Below are positions 41,201 to 64,000 of a stretch of 64,000 nt of DNA, piece after piece (the stretch's first letter is position 1; every line of letters begins with the position of its first letter). The notes beneath the pieces were generated by a model. The model was given only the letters and a program-made list of their open reading frames with translations, made no database searches and was not told where the DNA came from. The translations under genes were made by a program, and so were the position numbers. Source of the DNA: Octopus vulgaris (Eukaryota); NCBI GenBank assembly GCA_951406725.2, contig OX597843.1, positions 5,828,001 to 5,892,000 on the forward strand, written 5' to 3'.

Positions 41201-41636
41201 ATATTTATTTGTACGTATGTATTTTATTTTAACCCTCTTATCCTTCATTGCTTTATATATACCTACAAACAATATTTCTAAGATACCCACGAGACAATAT
41301 TTCTAACCTGTTTTTCTTAACCTACGAACAACAGAATCGCTACAAAATAAGGCACACATGTTTTTGAAGGGTTCTTTTTTTGTTTTTTTACTTATGAAAA
41401 ATTTTTTTATTAACAATTTTTTGGGGTATGTTTGTTTTATTTGTTTTGTTTTTTTTTAGGAAAATGGATAAGTGGGGTTTAAAAAGGGGGGTAGTTTTGG
41501 AAAAAGGAAACGTGTAGTTATTTATTTATTTATGTCAGGGGTTAGGGAAGAGATCAGGTAACAAATAATTCTGTGTCTTTGAGGGGGAAAAAAATGGGGT
41601 TACATTTTTTTTTTCTTTTTCTAAAGAAGAAAATCG

Positions 41637-42048
41637 AATTTTCTGTAGGGAAAAATGGGATTTTTGAGGGAGAGAGGGAATTTTCTGAAGGGAAAGTTTT
41701 GAGGAGAGGAATTTTCTGAGGGAATGGGATTTTTGAGGGAGAGATGGAATTTTCTGTAGGGAAAAATGGGATTTTTGAGGGAGAGAGAGAATTTTCTGTA
41801 GGGAAAAATGGGATTTTTGAGGGAGAGAGGGAATTTTCTGTAGGGAAAAATGGGATTTTTGAGGGAGAGAGGGAATTTTCTGTAGGGAAAAATGGGATTT
41901 TTGAGGGAGAGAGGGAATTTTCTGAAGGGAAAAATGGGATTTTTGAGGGAGAGATGGAATTTTCTGTAGGGAAAAATGGGATTTTTGAGGGAGAGAGAGA
42001 ATTTTCTGTAGGGAAAAATGGGATTTTTGAGGGAGAGAGGGAAAATTG
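41637..42048. repeat. 42-bp purine-rich minisatellite (gaattttctgtagggaaaaatgggatttttgagggagagagg)
   Basis: About 9-10 units. Explains the ORFs at 41554-42244. Confidence 0.95.
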
Positions 42049-42469
42049 AAAAAAAAACCCAGCGGGGGCTCTTTGGTGGGGAAACAAAAGTAGTCATGGT
42101 GGTGGTGGTAGTGGGGGAGGGGTTTATATACAAAAAGAAAAAAAGGGTAAAATTTTCTTTAGCTGCCATTAAGGGCCAGGAAGGAAACCACCAGCCTCTC
42201 AAACATGGAATATTAAATAAAAAGTATAAAAAATAAAAAACCAAAAAAAAAAAAAAAAATCAGGGAACAAAACTGCAGTAAAAATAAACAAAAAAAACTT
42301 AGTCCCTTTGGTTGACGTTGTTGTCGCTGTTGTTGGTGTTGCAATTGTAATTTATATAAATCACAAAGCAGTGGCAGTAGCAGAAGTAGCAGCAGGCGAT
42401 TTATGTTGCTTCCTGAAATTATAGTTTCAGTATTTGTTGTTGTTTATTAACAATGACTACTGATATCAA

Positions 42470-42825
42470 TATTATTACAATCATTATTTATTATTTATTA
42501 TTATTATTATTATTATTTATTATTTATCATTTATTATTATCATTTATTATAATATATTATTATCATTATAATTATTATTATATATTATTATTATTATTAT
42601 ATATTATATAGTAAGGTGGTGCTCCAGCATGGCCTCAGTCTAATGACTGGAACAAGTAAAAGATAAATTTTTAATGATTACTATTATTATTGTAATTATT
42701 ATTATTATTATTGTAATTATTATTATTATTATTGTTATTATTATTATTGTAATTATTATTATTATTATTATTGTAATTATTATTATTGTTATTATTATTA
42801 TTGTAATTATTATTATTATTATTAT
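42470..42825. repeat. (ATT)n microsatellites
   Basis: Direct observation. Confidence 0.9.
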
Positions 42826-43017
42826 CTATAATCCGTTGAGCATAATCTTTCACTAAATCTTGATCCTACACTAGTCCAGTGCAACAGCAAAACTCTTGAG
42901 GTTGCGTCACATAATCCTGAAAGTAAAAAACAAACATAGAAATATATAAACACATGTCATAAATATATATATTTATATCTGTAAATTACATCATACGTAC
43001 ATACATACACACAGACA

Positions 43018-44912
43018 GAAACTGTTCACTGGGAGCTGCACAAAGCCGGGTTTCACCGGAGGGCTGCAATCTGAAAATCACTACTTTCAAAAACAAACGT
43101 TGCAAAGCGCAGGAGTGGCTGTGTGGTAAGTAGCTTGCTAACCAACCACACGGTTGCGGGTTCAGTCCACACTGCGTGGCATCTTGGGCAAGTGTCTTCT
43201 GCTATAGCCCCGCGGGTTCCGACCAATGCCTTGTGAGTGGATTTGGTAGACGGAAACTGAAAGAAGCCTGTCGTATATATGTATATACATATGTGTATGC
43301 GTGTGTTTGTGTGTCTGTGTTTGTCCCCCTAGCATTGCATGACAACCGATGCTGGTGTGTTTAGGTCCCCGTCACTTAGCGGTTCGGCAAAAAGAGACCG
43401 ATAGAATAAGTACTAAAAGGTGGTGCTCCAGCATGGCCGCAGTCAAATGACTGAAACAAGTAAAAGAGTAAAAGAGTAAAGAGTAAGAGTAAAGCGTTTA
43501 GATCGGAGTAAAAACCTACAGAATTGGTCCCCAGAGCAGTGGAAGAATGTTATTTTCTCGGACGAGTCATCCTTTACCTTATTTCCGACCACATGAAGAC
43601 AGCCGAAATGTTTGGTATATCAAGAAGTACTATCTCGAAAGTAATGACAGTCTTTGAGAAAGAGGGAAAAACCTCCTCATCAAAACAAAACTCCGGAAGA
43701 AAACCGAAACTTTCAGATAGGGACCGTCAGATTCCTACGTGAATTGTTAGAAAGGATCACAAAAGTACAACTCCCAAAATTACTGCAGAGCTTAATGACC
43801 ACCTCGAGAACCCAGTTTCCACAAAAACTGTTCACTGGGAGCTGCACAAAGCCAGATTTCACGGGAGGGCTGCAATCTGAAAATCACTACTTTCAAAAAC
43901 AAACGTTGCAAAGCGCAGGAGTGGCTGTGTGGTAAGTAGCTTGCTAACCAACCACACGGTTGCGGGTTCAGTCCCACTGCGTGGCATCTTGGGCAAGTGT
44001 CTTCTGCTATAGCCCCGGGCCGACCAATGCCTTGTGAGTGGATTTGGTAGACGGAAACTGAAAGAAGCCTGTCGTATATATGTATATATATGTGTATGCG
44101 TGTGTTTGTGTGTCTGTGTTTGTCCCCCTAGCATTGCATGACAACCGATGCTAGTGTGTTTAGGTCCCCGTCACTTAGCGGTTCAGCAAAAAGAGACCGA
44201 TAGAATAAGTACTAAAAGGTGGTGCTCCAGCATGGCCGCAGTCAAATGACTGAAACAAGTAAAAGAGTAAAAGAGTAAAGAGTAAGAGTAAAGCGTTTAG
44301 ATCGGAGTAAAAACCTACAGAATTGGTCCCCAGAGCAGTGGAAGAATGTTATTTTCTTGGATGAGTCATCCTTTACCTTATTTCCGACCACATGAAGACA
44401 GCCGAAATGTTTGGTATATCAAGAAGTACTATCTCGAAAGTAATGACAGTCTTTGAGAAAGAGGGAAAAACCTCCTCATCAAAACAAAACTCCGGAAGAA
44501 AACCGAAACTTTCAGATAGGGACCGTCAGATTCCTACGTGAATTGTTAGAAAGGATCACAAAAGTACAACTCCCAAAATTACTGCAGAGCTTAATGACCA
44601 CCTCGAGAACCCAGTTTCCACAAAAACTGTTCACTGGGAGCTGCACAAAGCCAGATTTCACGGGAGGGCTGCAATCTGAAAATCACTACTTTCAAAAACA
44701 AACGTTGCAAAGCGTTTAGATCGGAGTAAAAACCTACAGAATTGGTCCCCAGAGCAGTGGAAGAATGTTATTTTCTCGGATGAGTCATCCTTTACTTTAT
44801 TTCCGACCACCGGCCGAGTATACGTGTGGAGACAGCCAAGAGAAGCATTTGACCCAGACTGCCTTCTTCCAACTGTTAAACATAGAGGACGATCTGTGAC
44901 GATCTATGGACA
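43018..44912 (+). pseudogene. Tc1-family transposase relic, tandemly triplicated and SINE-interrupted
   Basis: Translation gives KTAEMFGISRSTISKV..SGRKPKLSDRD (paired-like HTH) and WKNVIFSDESSFTLF..GRVYVWRQPREAFDPDCLLPTVKH (first catalytic Asp), with in-frame stops. Confidence 0.9.
43107..43492 (+). mobile_element. SINE family A inserted in the Tc1 relic; duplicate at 43913-44291
   Basis: Flanked by aaagcg on both sides. The empty site is seen at ~44709. Confidence 0.85.
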
Positions 44913-45212
44913 GAGTTATATCTTGGAAATCTGCCAGTTATTTGACTGCGGCCATGCTGGAGCACCACCTTTAGTCAAACAAATCGACCCTAGGACTTAT
45001 TGTTTGTAAGCCTGGTACTTATTCTATTGGGCTCTTTTGCTGAACCAACAAGTTACAGGGACGTAAACAAACCAACATCGGTTGTCAAGCGATGACGGTG
45101 GGGACAAACACACACACACACATCCACGCATGTATATCTCAGATATGGAAGAATAAAGAGTGAAGGGGAGGAACTCCCAAACTGTATTTACCTCAAAATC
45201 TGTCTGTGCGTC

Positions 45213-59509
<14,297 letters not shown>

Positions 59510-59671
59510 CTGTAAAAGAGAAAAAGAGACAAAGTGAGAGTCTGAGTGAGAGTGTGAGGATAAATGCCAGTTGGAGTAAGGGATGAAAAGTTTGAGTGAG
59601 AGGAAGAATGGCAGGTGTTTGATTGCAGGTATATCTTCTGGATCAGGACTGGCCCTCTCCACCTGAGTAAT

Positions 59672-60059
59672 GGATGGAAGCACTCCGTCGGTTACGACGA
59701 CGAGGGTTCCGGTTGATCCGATCAACGGAACAGCCTGCTCGTGAAATTAACGTGTAAGTGGCTGAGCACTCCACAGACACGTGTACCCTTAACGTAGTTC
59801 TCGGGGATACTCAGCGTGACACAGAGAGTGACAAGGCTGGCCCTTTGAAATACAGGTACAACAGAAACAGGAAGGAAGAGTGAGAGAAAGTTGTGGTGAA
59901 AGAGTACAGCAGGGATCACCACCATCCCCTGCCGGAGCCTCGTGGAGCTTTTAAGTGTTTTCGCTCAATAAACACTCACAATGCCCGGTCTGGGAATCGA
60001 AACCGCGATCCTACGACCGCAAGTCCGCTGCCCTAACCACTGGGCCATTGCGCCTCCAG
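59672..60059 (-). mobile_element. SINE with family B head and a different body, TSD ctgagtaat
   Basis: ctgagtaat occurs at 59663-59671 and 60060-60068. The tRNA-like head is at the 60059 end. Confidence 0.75.
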
Positions 60060-60399
60060 CTGAGTAATATACAATATACTATATATATATAATAATATGA
60101 GGGAATAAGATTCCAAACTTACAAGGAAAAATTCAATTTAGAAAGACTAAATCAAATTTCACAAAATATAATATATATATATATAAATTAGAAAAGAACT
60201 TAGTCATTTTGATATGTTTTATCTTATATTTAATCTTTCTATAATATGTAATTTTTTCTAAATGGTATAATTTAATTAATTCTTCATTTTTGAATTGATA
60301 AAAGGTGGGTTTTTTTTCTAATTTATATATATATACTCTTTTACTTGTTTCAGTCAGTTGACTGCGGCCATGCTGGAGCACCGCCTTTAGTCGAGCAAC

Positions 60400-60736
60400 T
60401 TTATATATATATATATATAAAGTTAATCCAAACAAGAAAGCACAAAAAAACACAACAACGCGAGGACGTGGAACAAGTATAGTATTATTGGACGCTCAGG
60501 AAAGAAGGAAAGAAGGAGGGTTTAACGTATCGAGCGGAGCTCTTTGTCAGAAACATAGGAGAAGGAAAGATCCAGAGAAGGGAAGACAGAGGAAAAAAAT
60601 CGCCAACGGTACAGATGAGGTCACATATATATATATATATTTTACGTTTCAGGTCTATGCTCTTCTACAGAAAGGGACACAGAAAAAAACAAGGAGAGAA
60701 TAAATGCGTGTTGTGGCTACCGATCTATCATGGCGA

Positions 60737-60740
<4 letters not shown>
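60400..60740 (-). mobile_element. Short repeat carrying two degenerate minimal hammerhead motifs. A related copy lies at ~62240-62450
   Basis: Minus strand: GUUU-CUGACAA-AGAGCUCCGCUC-GAUAC-GUU-AAAC (~60519-60554) and UUU-CUGUAGA-AGAGCAUAGACCU-GAAAC-GUA-AAA (~60640-60672). Homologous segment at 62330-62410. Confidence 0.45.
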
Positions 60741-60821
<81 letters not shown>

Positions 60822-61280
60822 CCCAGTAGAGTACAGATAATGCCAACCCTCATGAAACCTTATACTTTCATATCACATCTATTACAAGAAAACCACAACA
60901 ACCACTGCAACAGGAACAAAAAAAAATATAGGAAGTGGGGTGGGGTCACCGGGGTGGGATGCAGAAGGTGGGGGGTGGGTGGGAATTTTATGTACCACAG
61001 CAAGAAGCCAGCACGGGGCCACACCTGTGTTCTATAAACAACGCAATGAAAAAGTGAGGGTGGAGGAGAAGAGGGTGGGGGAGACGGGCAGGTTGCATAA
61101 CAAAACACGACCTTTGTTATACAATGTGGCACCCCCACCCCAATCCCCACCCCACGATGCACCGTTAATAATGGCACCTTTTTGGATAAGCGGCAGATTT
61201 GGAGGTTGTTCAGGTGAAACTATGACGTACTTTGGCGAAAGCAATGCAAAAGCATAGGAATTTTGGCATGTATGTATATA

Positions 61281-61323
<43 letters not shown>

Positions 61324-61559
61324 ATGTATATACTTTATATACTTGTATATGTACATATATCCTGTATGTATATTTATATATATATATATGTGTATGTATG
61401 TATATATATATAGTGTGTGTGTGTGTATATATATTTAAATATGTATGTACATATTAATATATGTATATCTACATATATACATATGACTGTATGTATATTT
61501 ATATATATATTTGTATATGTATGTGTATATATATTTATATACATATATATATATATATA

Positions 61560-61608
<49 letters not shown>

Positions 61609-62588
61609 TTCTGTATATATATGTGTGTGATATATATATATATATATATATATACATACACACACACACATGTATATACATAGCAGCAACATTTTTTGTC
61701 CATTTCCCATGCTTTGTATGTGTATGTGTTTGTATTTATGTACATGTGTACACACACACACACATCCTTTCTTTTATGTGAAACCTTTTTTGAGTCTGCT
61801 CATAAAAAAGCTCCTTCGTTATTATTTCTGACTCCCTCTTATTATTCGCATCATCCTGTACGTAGCAAGGCAGTCAAGTATTTATGAATATTCCACCAAT
61901 ATAGGCACAGGAGTGGCTGTGTGGTAAGTAGCTTGCTAACCAACCACATGGTTCCAGGTTCAGTCCCACTGCGTGGCACCTTGGGCAAGTGTCTTCTGCT
62001 ATAGCCTCGTGACGACCAAAGCCTTGTGAGTGGATTTGGTAGACGGAAACTGAAAGAAGCCCGTCGTATATATGTATTTATATATATATGTGTGTGTGTA
62101 TGTTTGTCTGTCTGTGTTTGTCCCCCTAGCATTGCTTGACAACCAATGCTGGTTTTCTCAAGCGCAGCATATTTTCAAAAGTCTCGGTCACTGGTCATTG
62201 CCTCACAATTCGTGTATGTGTCTATATATATATATATATATAGGGAGAGTTTACAAAAAAAACAAAAGACGAAGACAGGTGGTGTACAAAACAAACAGAT
62301 GTATTAGTATAACGCTCAGGAATAAAAAAAGTCTTTTATGTTTTGAGCCTACGCTCCTGTACAGAAAGGGACACAGAGAAAAAACAAGGAGAGACACAAG
62401 GAGAGAAAAAAAAATGTGTGTAGTGGCTAACAATCTATCAGTCGCCACTTTATTTATATTTGAAAATTTTTCTCTTACACGGTACAGGCAAATAAATATT
62501 CTCTATTTGTATGGTTACAAGGCTACCAATGGTTTCATGCACAAGATCTTCACAATTGTTCAAGCATGCCACATAGAAATGCTGGTAG

Positions 62589-62622
<34 letters not shown>

Positions 62623-62769
62623 CACACATATATACATATGTGTGTGTGTGTGTGTGTGCGGGTCTTTGCATTTACATTTGTTATCCCTCACCACTGCTCG
62701 ATGGCTGGTGTTGGTCTGTTTACATCCCTGTGACTTAGCTATACAGTATAAGAGATTGATCGATTAAGT

Positions 62770-63165
62770 ACTCTTTTACTTGTTTCAGTCATTTGACAGC
62801 GGCCATGCTGGAGCACCGCCTTTAGTTGAGCAAATTGACCCCGGGACTTATTCTTTGTAAGCCCAGTACTTATTCTATCGGTCTCTTTTTGCTGAACCGC
62901 TAAGTGACGGGGGACGAAAACACACCAGCATCGGTTGTCAAGCGATGGTGGGGGGACAAACACAAACATATACATACACATACATATATATATATATATA
63001 TACGACAGGCTTCTTTCAGTTTCCGTCTACCAAATCCACTCACAAGGCATTGGTCGGCCCGAGGCTATAGCAGAAGACACTTGCCCAAGGTGCCACGCAG
63101 TGGGACTGAACCCGGAACCATGTGGTTGGTAAGCAAGCTACTTACCACACAGCCACTCCTGCGCC
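62770..63165 (-). mobile_element. SINE family A full copy; inverted partner at 61903-62153 (+)
   Basis: Reverse complement of the consensus. Confidence 0.85.
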
Positions 63166-63598
63166 TCTAGACTTCAAAAAAACGAAATATTGAATTCAAT
63201 TCCCTTGACCAAAACCCTTTAAGACAATGCTCCAGCATGGCCACAGAACAATGACTGAAACAAGCTAGAGAATAAAAGATAAACAAACATTTTGTCTGCG
63301 CCATCAACAATGCCAAAAAGCAATTTCTTCATAAAAATCTCTCAACGTGTTTTGAATGTGTTTACCTGTTGATAAGGCCTCAACCCGAAGGAAACTAAGT
63401 CGTGACAACTGAAGTCATGGCATGAATTCATTTGCATATGATTAACATACCATTAGCATAATGTTGAATGATAACCTCTTGTTTTGTTTTGATAGGCAAT
63501 ATTTTGAGGGCAGTTGAGGGTGGGTTTGTGGGGTTCTGACATATATTGAGGGCCTACATGTGACTGGGGACGTATTGGAATATGATCGGTGATACTGG

Positions 63599-63599
<1 letters not shown>

Positions 63600-63635
<36 letters not shown>

Positions 63636-63850
63636 TGTGTATGTGTGTTTGTGTATGTGTGTGTGTGTGTGTGTGTATGTGTTTTTGTGTGTATGTGTGT
63701 TTTTGTGCGCGTGTGTGTGTTTGTGTGTGTGTGTGTGCGTTTGTGTTTGTGTGTGTGTGTGTGTATGTGTGTATGTGTGTTTGTGTGTGTGTATGTGTGT
63801 GTGTGTGTGTGCACGTGTGGTGTATGTGTGTGTATGAATAATGTTGGTTT
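63600..63850. repeat. (TG)n microsatellite
   Basis: Direct observation. Confidence 0.95.
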
Positions 63851-64000
63851 TGGATGTGTGTGTGTATGTGAGTATGCATGTAATGTTGATTATGTGTTTG
63901 TGTGTGTAATGTTCGCTTTGTGTGAGTGCATGTATGTATGTGTGTATGTTGGTTGTGTGTGTGTGCGTGTGCCTGTCCCCCCCCAGCATCGGTGACAACC

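Noticed and set aside
41554-42244. Repetitive ORFs (SPSKIPFFPTEN)n
   Set aside because: A 42-bp minisatellite open on both strands, with no exon evidence.

Overview
AT-rich, repeat-dense eukaryotic genomic DNA, most likely from an octopus or other coleoid cephalopod (inferred from the SINE/Helitron repertoire and microsatellite density; not verifiable here). Almost all long ORFs in the supplied track are micro/minisatellite artefacts. Three protein-coding genes are supported. (1) HPD (4-hydroxyphenylpyruvate dioxygenase), minus strand: 11 coding exons from 59509 to 45213, all GT-AG, 373 aa in frame, Fe-binding His/His/Glu intact, with the first ~10 residues not located. (2) A two-exon, 237-aa CCCH zinc-finger gene, plus strand, 23468-26585. 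(3) A divergent minus-strand first coding exon (20176-20062) resembling the N-terminus of a conserved uncharacterised P-loop GTPase. The rest is several SINE-like families, non-autonomous Helitrons, Tc1/mariner, RTE, CR1 and L1/Tx1 relics, and many satellites. The most notable observations are: an intact-core type I hammerhead ribozyme (146-234, minus) with several decayed relatives; a 3' region built from 5-6 decayed tandem copies of the zinc-finger gene's own C-terminal coding sequence; a ~195-bp-arm fold-back hairpin and other inverted repeats in HPD introns; 100-300 bp direct duplications flanking RTE-tailed elements; and a filled/empty SINE site inside a triplicated Tc1 fragment. I cannot establish a wholly new biological system from sequence alone.
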